Source: Drouetiella sp. (lineage in GTDB: Bacteria > Cyanobacteriota > Vampirovibrionia > Obscuribacterales > Obscuribacteraceae). From it: a stretch of DNA of 64,000 bases. The notes below the pieces were generated by a model. That model ran no database searches. It was given only the letters and a program-made list of their open reading frames with translations, and was not told the origin of the DNA. The translations under genes were made by a program, and so were the position numbers. Where the stretch lies: positions 70,313 through 134,312 of the forward strand of contig DATNPZ010000001.1 of the NCBI GenBank assembly GCA_036702965.1, in the 5' to 3' direction. This document shows, piece by piece, positions 37,646-46,885 of the stretch; the first letter of the stretch is position 1; each line of letters begins with the position of its first letter.

Positions 37646-38569
37646 CTATGCTTCGTAGCGAATCCAACCCGTGCCTTCGTGCCCGAATTTGAAATTTGTT
37701 GGGTCAAAGATTTCTGCAAGAATCTCCAGGGATTCGACCACTCTTGGTCCAGGACGATTGAAATACTGGTTGCCGTCAGCGACATATATGGACTTGCTTG
37801 TTACCGCTTTCAACGATGCAAAGTTCGGCTTCTCTTTCAAGATAAACATCTCTTCCATTGTTCGTTTTATATCAAACCCGCACGGGCTAACAATGATGAT
37901 GTCCGGGTCATCATTGACGAGTTGCTCCCACGCCATCCACGGTGAGTGTTTGCCAGCCTCACCGTACAAATTTTTGCCGCCAGCCAACTCGATCAACTCC
38001 GGCATCCAGTTACCTGCAGCCATGAGCGGATCAATCCACTCAATACAGGCGACAGTCGGCGTCCTGGTTCTGCCTTCAGCTTTAAGCGATATCGCTTTAA
38101 TTCGAGATTGCAGTTTCTCGATCGTCGCATCGCCCTGCCCTTTAATACAAAGTCCACGCGCGACGCGTCTGATGTCATCCCAAATGTCGTCCAAACAGTT
38201 TGGCTCGAGAGAGATTATCTTCGGCTGTGATTTGATCATCTCGCAAGCTGCTGCTTCGACATCTTTCAAACTCACGGCACAAACTTCGCATTGAGCTTGA
38301 GTGATGATATGGGTGGGTGAAAGCCCATCAAGCAGCGCAGCATCGACGCGATAGACGCTAACAGCCTCCTGCAAGATAGCTTTGACCCGCTGGTCTATTT
38401 CGTAGCTCGTGCCGTCGGGGCTAAACTTTGGGGACGTGCATTGAGGCAGCTCTTTTACGAATTCAGGATAGTCACATTCGTGCGAACGCCCAACTAAATC
38501 TGATTCGAGACCAAGCGCACAAACGATTTCAGTGGCACTGGCGATTAACGAGACAATTCTGTTGGACAT
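37646..38569 (-). CDS. Periplasmic-binding-protein family 2 (BtuF / Fe-siderophore-binding-like) protein
   Basis: MSNRIVSLIASATEIVCALGLESDLVGRSHECDYP... is a typical Peripla_BP_2 N-terminus. The start was moved to the ATG at 38569, 24 nt after the stop of the upstream gene. The ORF track extends to 38746 and overlaps that gene. Confidence 0.7.
   Translation of the reverse strand: MSNRIVSLIASATEIVCALGLESDLVGRSHECDYPEFVKELPQCTSPKFSPDGTSYEIDQRVKAILQEAVSVYRVDAALLDGLSPTHIITQAQCEVCAVSLKDVEAAACEMIKSQPKIISLEPNCLDDIWDDIRRVARGLCIKGQGDATIEKLQSRIKAISLKAEGRTRTPTVACIEWIDPLMAAGNWMPELIELAGGKNLYGEAGKHSPWMAWEQLVNDDPDIIIVSPCGFDIKRTMEEMFILKEKPNFASLKAVTSKSIYVADGNQYFNRPGPRVVESLEILAEIFDPTNFKFGHEGTGWIRYEA
38082..38099. 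repeat. Intragenic near-perfect copy of the dispersed palindrome
   Basis: TTAAGCGATATCGCTTTA matches 17 of 18 positions of the perfect copy at 14923-14940. It lies inside the binding-protein CDS, at codons KAISLKA. Confidence 0.6.
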
Positions 38570-38592
38570 CGAAAGTTCCGCTCCGCCGCAAA

Positions 38593-39705
38593 TTACCGAG
38601 ACTGTTTGTACGTACGATCGACCAAATCCGGCGTGATATCGCCGATGGTTGCGCATCCACTCAGAGCCATGGCTAGATCGAACTCCGAACGCAACATCTC
38701 CAGAACGGTCGACACTCCACTTTGCCCGGCAACAGCCAACCCCCACAAAAACGGACGACCAATCAAAACTGCTCGCGCTCCCAGTGCGAGTGCCTTCAGC
38801 ACATCGGTACCTCGACGTATGCCACCATCCAGATACACCTCAACGCGTCCGCCGACTGCCGATACAACCTCCGGCAATGCATGAATTGTAGGAATAGTCG
38901 TATCCAACTGGCGACCACCATGATTTGAAACGACGATCGCACCGGCACCATATTCGATGGCACGGTTGGCGTCATCTCCTCGCAAAATTCCTTTGACGAC
39001 CACTGGAAGTTTTGTGATCGACTTGAACCACTCCAGGTCTTTCCAGGTCAATGAAGTGTCATACAAAGAAGCAATGTAGGATGCAAGACCAGAATCGGGA
39101 CCGCCGGGAGGAAGTTGTTCCAGATAATTTCCAATCAAATTTTTGCAAACAAGCCCCGCCGGTAAATTGAATTTGTTTCGCACGTCACGCTCACGGCGTC
39201 CCAGAAGCGGGGAATCTACAGTCAGGACAAGAGCAGTGTAACCTGCAGCCTCGGCGCGCTCTATCAAACTTCGCGTCACGCTTTTATCTTTGTATACGTA
39301 AAGCTGAAACCAGAGATTCCCTTTCGATGCATCGCGCACTTCTTCAATTGAAAAATTCGCAAGCGTGCTCAGACACATCGTCGTGCCGAATTTTTGCGCA
39401 GCCCTTGCGGACGCACGCTCACCTTCGGCATCTGCCAATCCCTGAAAGGCAGCAGGAGCGAGGATTATAGGCGCAGATATAGAATTGCCCAAAATGGTTG
39501 TTTCCATGCTCCGTTGACTAACATCGACGAGCATGCGCGGACGCAACCACACATCCTGAAATGCAGCGATATTTGCCGCCAATGTCTTCTCATCGCAGGC
39601 ACCGCTGGAATAATAATCGTAAGCAAGCGTGGAGAGCTTTGTTTTGGCAACAGCTTCGAGATCAAAAATATTGATCGAGCTATTCGGCATCTCTAAATTT
39701 TTCAT
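38593..39705 (-). CDS. FMN-dependent alpha-hydroxy-acid dehydrogenase/oxidase (lactate/glycolate oxidising)
   Basis: 370 aa. LTVDSPLLGRRERDVRN, VKGIL and VSNHGGRQLD are signatures of the family. Confidence 0.9.
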   Translation of the reverse strand: MKNLEMPNSSINIFDLEAVAKTKLSTLAYDYYSSGACDEKTLAANIAAFQDVWLRPRMLVDVSQRSMETTILGNSISAPIILAPAAFQGLADAEGERASARAAQKFGTTMCLSTLANFSIEEVRDASKGNLWFQLYVYKDKSVTRSLIERAEAAGYTALVLTVDSPLLGRRERDVRNKFNLPAGLVCKNLIGNYLEQLPPGGPDSGLASYIASLYDTSLTWKDLEWFKSITKLPVVVKGILRGDDANRAIEYGAGAIVVSNHGGRQLDTTIPTIHALPEVVSAVGGRVEVYLDGGIRRGTDVLKALALGARAVLIGRPFLWGLAVAGQSGVSTVLEMLRSEFDLAMALSGCATIGDITPDLVDRTYKQSR

Positions 39706-39884
39706 CGCCCACGCGCCTCAAAATCAGCACAAGTAGTTTACCGTGTTTGCATTGAAAGCAGACAAGCCAACACCCGTAAGGTGCTGGCTAATCTGTTGAC
39801 GCGGGGAAAAACTCTTTACCTTTCTAACTTAGCAATGAAGTTTGGCATTTTTATGGCAAATCCAAGAACAAGAAAAATCTTTCG

Positions 39885-40067
39885 CTAGCGCTTGAAGGCT
39901 TCGTAATTACTACGAACGTGGGCGATTGCGACTTCAAGTTCGGCCATCTCACGTTTAAACCGACGCTTTTGAAAAATTGCTGACATGCACTCTTGCTCTA
40001 AATAGATAAGAACAATGCCGACCAGAGGAAGAAAGACGATGGATAAAAGGATTACGTAACTGCTCAT
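39885..40067 (-). CDS. Small single-pass membrane protein (weak)
   Basis: MSSYVILLSIVFLPLVGIVLIYL... followed by a basic tail. ORF evidence only. Confidence 0.3.
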   Translation of the reverse strand: MSSYVILLSIVFLPLVGIVLIYLEQECMSAIFQKRRFKREMAELEVAIAHVRSNYEAFKR

Positions 40068-40243
40068 TTTTATTGACTCCTCGAATAAGGGTTTCCGTTT
40101 TCGCGACACTTGTCGCAGCGAGGACCGTCTAATTACAAAACATCTCTGTTAAGCCTTTGTGTTGACAAACCAGGCTTCTTTAAAGATTTTGTAAAGACGC
40201 AAAAGCTTGATATGATGCGCTTGATGGAGGACGAGCGACAAAC

Positions 40244-40969
40244 ATGCAGACACCGAACACTCTCACGCGTTTACTACTTGTTGATGATGACCAAAAGTTC
40301 TGCCGGTTAATTTCGGATTATCTTTCACGGTTCGGCTACGAAGTGCACGCGGTGCACAGCGGTACTGAAGGCATACAGAAGGGCACCGAGGACTCATGGC
40401 ACGCAATCATTCTGGACGTTATGCTGCCGGGGATGGACGGATTCGAAGTATTGCAAAAACTTCGAGAGCACATCGCAACACCAGTGTTGATGCTGACCTC
40501 GCTCGGGGAAGAGACAGACCGCATCGTTGGTCTGGAATTAGGAGCCGATGATTATCTGCCAAAGACTTCATCACCAAGAGAGCTTTTAGCGCGATTGAGA
40601 GCTGTTTTGCGAAGGACGGCAAGACCAGTGCCCGAGGGCAACGATCAACCAGCACAAGAAATTGTCATCGGTCCGCTGCGAATCAACCTTGGTGCCAGAG
40701 TTGCATTCCTCGAGGAGGAGACTCTGCCGCTAACTCCCGTTGAGTTCGATATCCTCGTTGTGCTTGCGCAATCAAAAGGGCGTGTAAAGTCGCGAGAAGA
40801 GTTGATCAACGAAATTCGTGACAGGAACTATGACGTATACGATCGTTCAATCGACGTACACGTTTCAGCATTGCGAAAAAAATTGCACGATGATCCCAAA
40901 TCTCCTCGCTTTATTCGTACTGTCCGAGCTGCGGGATACATGCTGATTCCGCCTAACGAGAAACTGTGA
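40244..40969 (+). CDS. OmpR-family response regulator
   Basis: It has a receiver domain (LLVDDD, ILDVMLPGMDG, KTSSPREL) and a winged-helix output domain (LTPVEFDILVVLA...IRTVRAAGYML). Confidence 0.92.
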   Translation: MQTPNTLTRLLLVDDDQKFCRLISDYLSRFGYEVHAVHSGTEGIQKGTEDSWHAIILDVMLPGMDGFEVLQKLREHIATPVLMLTSLGEETDRIVGLELGADDYLPKTSSPRELLARLRAVLRRTARPVPEGNDQPAQEIVIGPLRINLGARVAFLEEETLPLTPVEFDILVVLAQSKGRVKSREELINEIRDRNYDVYDRSIDVHVSALRKKLHDDPKSPRFIRTVRAAGYMLIPPNEKL

Positions 40970-42714
40970 TGAGAGTGCGATTTCCATTGTATGCGCAGAC
41001 AATAAGCTTTCTGCTTATTCATCTGATACTACTATTGGTGCTATTTCTAACGCTCTTCAATACCAAATTTGGACCGGGATGGGATGCTGTTTTATCGAGT
41101 CCCATAGGCGATCGGGTAGAAGCGATTGGTTGGGTAATTCAGAAGCAGCTCGAGGTGAATCCGAGAGCAGAGTGGAGCAATGTTCTAGACGAATTCGGAA
41201 AGTTCTACGGAGTGGATTTCTATCTATTCGACTTTGCCGGTAGACAACTTGCCGGCGAAACTATCAAATTGCCCGATGCAGTGGCAAAAGAAGTCGTCAG
41301 ACATCGCCATCCGCAACGAGAAAACGGCCGCGCCCCTGGAGCACAACAACCAGGTGTACAAAATGAGAGAGCACCAGCAGTGGGGCTACAATCAGATGAT
41401 AATTCAGGGCACGCACCAGCAATCGGCGGGCCCGAATCCAATGGAGAGAGTGACAGAGCTCCTGCGCTCAGGTCAGAATCCACTGGACAGGGTGACAGAG
41501 CTCCTGCGCTCAGGTCAGAATCCGATAGTCAGGACGTCGGTCCAGATGAAAAACCACAACAGGTTGATGTGCCACAACCATCAACTTTTCCGCCAACCAC
41601 AGGCGCGCCACCAGGGGCGATGCGCAGACATTTCCGTGGAAGGTACGTAATTCACACAACATCACCTGACAAATTTTGGATTGGCATTCGCATTCCAACT
41701 TTAAGGAACGGTCGATTAGTTCCAAGCACACTGCTCGCAGCAGCAGACAATCTCTGGCAAACGGGCGTTTTCTTCGACTTCAAACCAATTCTCGTTTTGG
41801 TCGGAGGAGTGCTATTGCTCTCGGTTATATTCTGGTGGCCATTTGCTTACCGCATAACTCGAGCATTGGCAGAGATGACAAAAGTGACTGAACGTATCGC
41901 AGAAGGAAGATTCGAATCGCGAGTCAAAGTCAACAAATGGGATGAAATCGGCTCGATGGGTGAAGCCGTGAATCAACTAGCATCGAGGCTTAACACCTTC
42001 GTGACCGGCGAGAAAAGATTTCTTGGAGACATCGCTCACGAATTATCCTCACCGCTGGCAAGACTGCAAATCGGGTTGGAATTGCTTGAGACTTCAGCAA
42101 CGAGCGAACAAGAATCGATGATTTCAGACATACGCGAAGAAGTGGAAGAGATGACACATCTAGTCAATGAATTGCTTGCATTTTCTAAGGCTGGATTGCA
42201 AGGAAAAGAGATAGAGTTGGTGCCGCTCAACCTTTCAAACTTACTCACGAATGTGACGCTCAAGACAGCTTCTGAACAGCTAGTGAAACTAAATATCGAC
42301 AAAGATCTGACAGTGTTGGGTGATCAGCTTTTGCTTGAACGTGCATTTGGAAACGTCTTCAGAAACGCTGTCCGTTATGCCTCCGCGGATGGTGACATTA
42401 AGGTGAAAGCGGTTCGCACAGGCGACACGATATGCGTCACCACGTCCGACAATGGGCCAGGAGTGCCCGCTGCAGCGATAGAACATCTAACAGAACCGTT
42501 TTTCCGCCCCGAGCCTTCACGCAGTCGCAGCTCTGGAGGAGTCGGACTCGGTCTAGCCATCGTACAAACTTGCATCGAGTCATGTGATGGCGCTCTTTCA
42601 ATCAGGAACAAGCAACCCAAAGGCTTAGAAGTCGAGATCCGATTAAAAGCGGCTACAAGTGTGCCAAAACCCAGCGATCGCCCACCGACCGCCAAAGAAG
42701 CGAAGCAAGTGTAA
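40966..42714 (+). CDS. Sensor histidine kinase (HAMP-HisKA-HATPase) with low-complexity extracytoplasmic region
   Basis: The H-box is IAHELSSPLARL, the N-box is NVFRNAVRYA and the G-boxes are DNGPGV / GGVGLGLAIV. The start overlaps the response-regulator stop (GTGATGA). Confidence 0.9.
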   Translation: MMRVRFPLYAQTISFLLIHLILLLVLFLTLFNTKFGPGWDAVLSSPIGDRVEAIGWVIQKQLEVNPRAEWSNVLDEFGKFYGVDFYLFDFAGRQLAGETIKLPDAVAKEVVRHRHPQRENGRAPGAQQPGVQNERAPAVGLQSDDNSGHAPAIGGPESNGESDRAPALRSESTGQGDRAPALRSESDSQDVGPDEKPQQVDVPQPSTFPPTTGAPPGAMRRHFRGRYVIHTTSPDKFWIGIRIPTLRNGRLVPSTLLAAADNLWQTGVFFDFKPILVLVGGVLLLSVIFWWPFAYRITRALAEMTKVTERIAEGRFESRVKVNKWDEIGSMGEAVNQLASRLNTFVTGEKRFLGDIAHELSSPLARLQIGLELLETSATSEQESMISDIREEVEEMTHLVNELLAFSKAGLQGKEIELVPLNLSNLLTNVTLKTASEQLVKLNIDKDLTVLGDQLLLERAFGNVFRNAVRYASADGDIKVKAVRTGDTICVTTSDNGPGVPAAAIEHLTEPFFRPEPSRSRSSGGVGLGLAIVQTCIESCDGALSIRNKQPKGLEVEIRLKAATSVPKPSDRPPTAKEAKQV

Positions 42715-42947
42715 ACTCTGCCAATTCCCTGAGGTGCGGTAATTGAATGCCAGCTCCTCTTGGAATGCGGCTATTGACACCCTCCAGCCGATCGCAATCC
42801 CAGTGAAAAACAAAACGATATTCAATTCTATTCTTCAAAACAATCGAAGATTGAGTTGGACGGAAAGAATGGTTTGACAGGGACAGCCTCTGCTACCGAA
42901 AACTCAACGCCTGCAACGGGTTCCAGTAGAGCCCAGTCAGGCTTGAA

Positions 42948-42971
42948 AAACTAAGCAATATCGCTTAATTT
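42948..42971. repeat. Dispersed palindromic element copy
   Basis: The sequence is aaaCTAAGCAATATCGCTTAAttt. It lies between convergent genes. Confidence 0.7.
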
Positions 42972-43027
42972 CCCAGAGGAATTTGAGGGGGTCGTTTAAG
43001 AATTGACCCGAACTGGCGCTTTGCAAC

Positions 43028-44530
43028 CTAGTGCTTGTTGCCCTGTTGGTCTGTTGCTGACGCGCCGGTTTCTTGCAACTTTTTGTCTGATGGTTTGATT
43101 TCGCTTGGCTCGTTCGACTCATTGTTCTTGTCATGCGGACGACGCGATTCCAGGAATTTCACGACATCCTCGAGTTCTTTCGGCGAAATATTTCCAGCAT
43201 ATGCAGGCATGTTCACGCCACCATTGACGATTCGCACCGTTAACTGGTCGTGCGTGAGACGCTCTCCGACGTCAGTCAGGTCTGGACCACGTCTGCCACC
43301 ATGTCCCGAGATTGCGTGGCAGAACAGACAACCACGATCGTTGAAGACTTTCGCACCAGCTGCAATTGGACCTGTAGTTGCCCCGATCGCTGCAGGTGGA
43401 ACAGGCTTCGCGGCAAATTTCGGTGTCCAGTATTCGTTGATACCTTCTTGCCATAACGCAAGAACAGAGCCAACTACGACAACAACGATCGCTACAGCCC
43501 ACGGACGTCTGCGCGCACTACGCTCACCCGAGTTGGACAGGAACGGTGGCGTCAACATCCCAACTACTAGAAATACAGGGAAGAGAAGAATGAACCAGTC
43601 TTCGATTCCAGCAGGCACCAGCGCCAGCAACGCAAAGTACCAGGTCAGATACCAATCCGGTTTCGGCTCAGCATTGATCAATGATGGGTCTGGAGGATTT
43701 TCGATCATTGGCGGACCGAAATACAGAGCGCAAGCGCAAATTCCCAAAACTACGATGACACTAAATACGGCATCACGCCAAGCTGCATCCGGCCAGAATG
43801 GAGCACCATCTGTCTTCAGAAGCTCGTGATACTCTTCACGATAAGTGTCCTTGTTTACCGGTTTTCCAGGTGTTGGAGGTTCAGAAATTCCATGATGAAG
43901 CACAAGCCACACATGCAATCCGATCAAGCCGATTAGTAAAACAGGGAAGATGAAAACATGCATCGCATAAAAATGGCTCAGCGACGCAGAACTGACGTTG
44001 TCACCGGAACACAGAACGCGAACCAAGATAGGACCGACAAACGGCGCGCGCAGAGCCTGCTCAGCACCCACCGCTACAGTCCACACGGCAGTCTGGTCCC
44101 AGCGCAATACCTGTCCTGTGAATGCAATCGATACGCTCAGGAACAAGAGGAAGACGCCAGTGATCCAATTCAACTCACGCGGAAACTTGAATGCACCATA
44201 AAGATAAGTTTGAATCGCGTGACAGCCAACGAAAATGATCATCGCCGAAGCGCCAAAGTAGTGGGTTGCACGCAACCACGCTCCAAACGGCACTTTCTCA
44301 GTTATCCATTTGACAGATTCCCAGGCTTCACCACCACTGGGAACATACATTGTGGAAAGCGCCACACCACTGGCTAGTTGCACGATGAACGCCGTCATGA
44401 TCGCTGTGCCGAAGACATACGCCCAGGTGGATTTTCTCGGCACAGGATGCAACATCACGTGCATGAACGGCTTAACCAAGCCTGTTCTATCCTGCAACCA
44501 ATCGAGAGCTGTGTCTAATACCTTTTCCAT
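43028..44530 (-). CDS. Cytochrome b (bc1/b6f-type, b plus subunit-IV-like helices) fused to a C-terminal mono-haem cytochrome c domain
   Basis: 500 aa. The N-terminal cytochrome b pattern is WAYVFGTAIM...ATHYFGASAMIIFVGCHAIQ...FYAMHVFIFP. The C-terminal segment GCLFCHAISG...NMPAY carries a CxxCH motif. Confidence 0.85.
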   Translation of the reverse strand: MEKVLDTALDWLQDRTGLVKPFMHVMLHPVPRKSTWAYVFGTAIMTAFIVQLASGVALSTMYVPSGGEAWESVKWITEKVPFGAWLRATHYFGASAMIIFVGCHAIQTYLYGAFKFPRELNWITGVFLLFLSVSIAFTGQVLRWDQTAVWTVAVGAEQALRAPFVGPILVRVLCSGDNVSSASLSHFYAMHVFIFPVLLIGLIGLHVWLVLHHGISEPPTPGKPVNKDTYREEYHELLKTDGAPFWPDAAWRDAVFSVIVVLGICACALYFGPPMIENPPDPSLINAEPKPDWYLTWYFALLALVPAGIEDWFILLFPVFLVVGMLTPPFLSNSGERSARRRPWAVAIVVVVVGSVLALWQEGINEYWTPKFAAKPVPPAAIGATTGPIAAGAKVFNDRGCLFCHAISGHGGRRGPDLTDVGERLTHDQLTVRIVNGGVNMPAYAGNISPKELEDVVKFLESRRPHDKNNESNEPSEIKPSDKKLQETGASATDQQGNKH

Positions 44531-44544
44531 TATCAGTTCTTCTT

Positions 44545-45084
44545 CTAACCTTCGGCCAGCACCGGACCAACTTTGATTTCAACTTGACCGTTCGCGATGC
44601 GGGTCGGGTATTTATGCAACGGACGCGGAGGCGGACCACCTGCGACGTGACCGTCACTGTAGTAAACGCCACCATGACACGGACACATAAAGAGTTCTGC
44701 GCCTGCTTCCCAACGAACCGGGCAGCCCAAGTGCGTGCAGTTCACGGCGAAAGCTTCGAAGTTACCATCTTCCATACGACGCAACCAGGCGCTTCTCTTA
44801 GCGCACACGCCATCCCAGGGAGTTCCCGTCGTGTCGGTGAAGACGATGTCTACGGTCTTTCCAGGCTCATATTTATCGACTGGACCAACTTTTATCCAAT
44901 CTTCTTGTCGCGGAACGAGGAAATATCCAAAGGCAAATCCAATACCTGGAATCGCCACAACAAGCCCGATAAAGGCTGCGGAAACAGCAGCGACAACCTT
45001 GAAAAATTCGTCGCGACTGACAAGAACCCGAGACCAATCTACCGAGATTTTCGGTTCTTCTTTTTGTGGATCACTGCAACACAT
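44545..45084 (-). CDS. Rieske [2Fe-2S] protein
   Basis: 179 aa with an N-terminal TM helix, and the motifs CTHLGCPV and CPCHGGVY. Confidence 0.9.
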   Translation of the reverse strand: MCCSDPQKEEPKISVDWSRVLVSRDEFFKVVAAVSAAFIGLVVAIPGIGFAFGYFLVPRQEDWIKVGPVDKYEPGKTVDIVFTDTTGTPWDGVCAKRSAWLRRMEDGNFEAFAVNCTHLGCPVRWEAGAELFMCPCHGGVYYSDGHVAGGPPPRPLHKYPTRIANGQVEIKVGPVLAEG

Positions 45085-45475
45085 CTTTCCTCAAATCCTC
45101 AATCCAACCTGCTGCTCCCAACAGGAAAAGGAATAATCCAGCCACTGACAAAATCCAGTGGGTAACGACACCAAATGCGATACCAGTAACACCGAGTGCC
45201 AGAGTTGCCGGCCAAATTGTCGGCGGCGGAATCTTGATCAACTCCAGATGCTCGCCCGGAATCCACTCTGTCTCGAACTTATCTGGGCTTATGGCTACTG
45301 ACTTTGCAGGCTCTGGCTTGGACGGAAGCATCTCGTCTTTGACAGCATCTACTTTGGCCGGCAACAAACGCTCGCTCGATTGCTCAGTTATTTCAGCCGC
45401 AGAAGTCTTTTTCGATTCAGCTTCTTGTGCTAACACAGGCTCTTTTTCCTGGTCAGAATCACGCTGTTCGGACAT
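45071..45475 (-). CDS. Small two-TM membrane protein within the respiratory operon
   Basis: 134 aa. An acidic N-terminal half is followed by two TM helices (WPATLALGVTGIAFGVV, ILSVAGLFLFLLGAAGW). Both ends overlap the neighbouring genes, which is consistent with co-translation. Confidence 0.55.
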   Translation of the reverse strand: MSEQRDSDQEKEPVLAQEAESKKTSAAEITEQSSERLLPAKVDAVKDEMLPSKPEPAKSVAISPDKFETEWIPGEHLELIKIPPPTIWPATLALGVTGIAFGVVTHWILSVAGLFLFLLGAAGWIEDLRKDVLQ

Positions 45476-46274
45476 CGTTGCCTCCCCCGTCTGTCTCTCT
45501 CAGCCACTCGATCATTACTGCCATCAATGCCCAGAAGAAATTGAGCGTACAGATAACCCACATGATCGCACCGCCGAGTTTCTGATCCTCCAGATGTGTC
45601 AAACCCCATTGCTCGCGGATAAGCGGCAAGAGATTGTGATGATCGTCTGGGTTTGCGTAAGCCGCATAAAAAGGAAATTCTGCAATGGTGTAGACAATTC
45701 CCAAAATCGAGGCGAGGAACATCGCCACAGTCAAATAGATAACCGCCGGTAGTGGCTTCAAACGACCTTCTGGAATCGGTTTGAATACCGGCCACCACAA
45801 CATCGTACCGGACACCATAAAGGTGAGATGCTCGATGATATGGACAGTTTCGTTCTCCAAAGTGATGTTGTAAATCGGTGGAACATGCCAGATCAACATC
45901 ACGATCGTCGCTATCGTCAGCGCAAATACTGGATTACCTAAAAATCGCTCTGCTGCTCGAACGCCAGGAATTTTCATCCAGCTCTGCACCATCTCTTCAG
46001 GTAGAGCAGCAACTAACAGAACCGGTCCAATGAACTCGAGGATCATGTGTTGCGCCATATGAGCGCTGAAAAGGTACTCGTCACCAAGCTCATCCAGCGG
46101 CGACATCAAACCGATCCACAAGATCGCGATTCCTGTAAGGAAAGAGAGCGTCTTCCAGTTGAACTTCAATTTGGTGCCCCAGAGGTAGCCAACCGTCAAT
46201 GCGACCAATCCTACTGCAATGGATGGAACGGGCTCCCAGTGGGACTTGAGCATTGCCATCAATTCTGGTGTCAT
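45459..46274 (-). CDS. ctaG: Cytochrome c oxidase assembly factor CtaG (caa3-type)
   Basis: It is a multi-TM protein with SPLDELGDEYLFSAHMAQHMILEFIGPVLLVAALP, as in Caa3_CtaG proteins. The ATG at 46274 overlaps the subunit III stop (ATGA). Confidence 0.7.
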   Translation of the reverse strand: MTPELMAMLKSHWEPVPSIAVGLVALTVGYLWGTKLKFNWKTLSFLTGIAILWIGLMSPLDELGDEYLFSAHMAQHMILEFIGPVLLVAALPEEMVQSWMKIPGVRAAERFLGNPVFALTIATIVMLIWHVPPIYNITLENETVHIIEHLTFMVSGTMLWWPVFKPIPEGRLKPLPAVIYLTVAMFLASILGIVYTIAEFPFYAAYANPDDHHNLLPLIREQWGLTHLEDQKLGGAIMWVICTLNFFWALMAVMIEWLRETDGGGNDVRTA

Positions 46275-46885
46275 TGAACAAATCTCCATAAATACACAAC
46301 GGAGAAAACTGCTACCCAGACAACGTCAACAAAGTGCCAGTACAAGGACACGCATGTCAAGCCGGCTTCAGTAATCTCGTGCTCTTTCCCACGTGCCATC
46401 ACCCACAGTGCGACACAGAGAAGAATCAATCCAACAATGACGTGGAATCCGTGGAATCCAGTCAAAGTGAAAAATGTCGTGCCGAATAGATCTCGGCTGA
46501 TTGTCAGGTTTTCCTTGATCAACTCAGTGTACTCAAGCGCCTGACCAGCGATAAAGACAGCTCCCAATCCAATCGTCACAAGCATCCAGACAATGGCCAT
46601 GCCACTATTTTTTGCGTGTGCTTTTTCTGCCAACCAGAGCGTAAAGCTGCTGGAGAAAAGGGCAATCGAGAACATGCCTGTCTTGAAGACATCTAGATGC
46701 CACGCGGCCATGGAACCGGTTCCATATTGATTGTGGAAGTTGACGTAAGCCAAAATCAACAAAAGGAAGAACATCGATTCAGAGCCGATGAAAAGCAACA
46801 TCCCCATGATGTTTCTGTTCATTTTCAAGTTGGAATCAAGTGGGTGCGGTGGGGGTGGAGCCACTGCAGTCGAATGATTATGCAT
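46271..46885 (-). CDS. ctaE: Cytochrome c oxidase subunit III
   Basis: FFTLTGFHGFHVIVGLILL and WHFVDVVWV motifs are present. The ATG at 46885 (MHNHS) overlaps the subunit I stop by 8 nt. The ORF track extends to 46951. Confidence 0.85.
   Translation of the reverse strand: MHNHSTAVAPPPPHPLDSNLKMNRNIMGMLLFIGSESMFFLLLILAYVNFHNQYGTGSMAAWHLDVFKTGMFSIALFSSSFTLWLAEKAHAKNSGMAIVWMLVTIGLGAVFIAGQALEYTELIKENLTISRDLFGTTFFTLTGFHGFHVIVGLILLCVALWVMARGKEHEITEAGLTCVSLYWHFVDVVWVAVFSVVYLWRFVQ

Noticed and set aside
37671-38294. 207-aa plus-strand ORF, and the 38606..38891 plus-strand ORFs, opposite the binding-protein and FMN-dehydrogenase genes
   Set aside because: The opposite-strand genes have strong family signatures. 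These ORFs have none.
42674-42681. Cyanobacterial HIP1 octamer GCGATCGC (also at 62911-62918)
   Set aside because: Two occurrences in 64 kb is roughly the chance expectation, so there is no evidence of HIP1-type enrichment.
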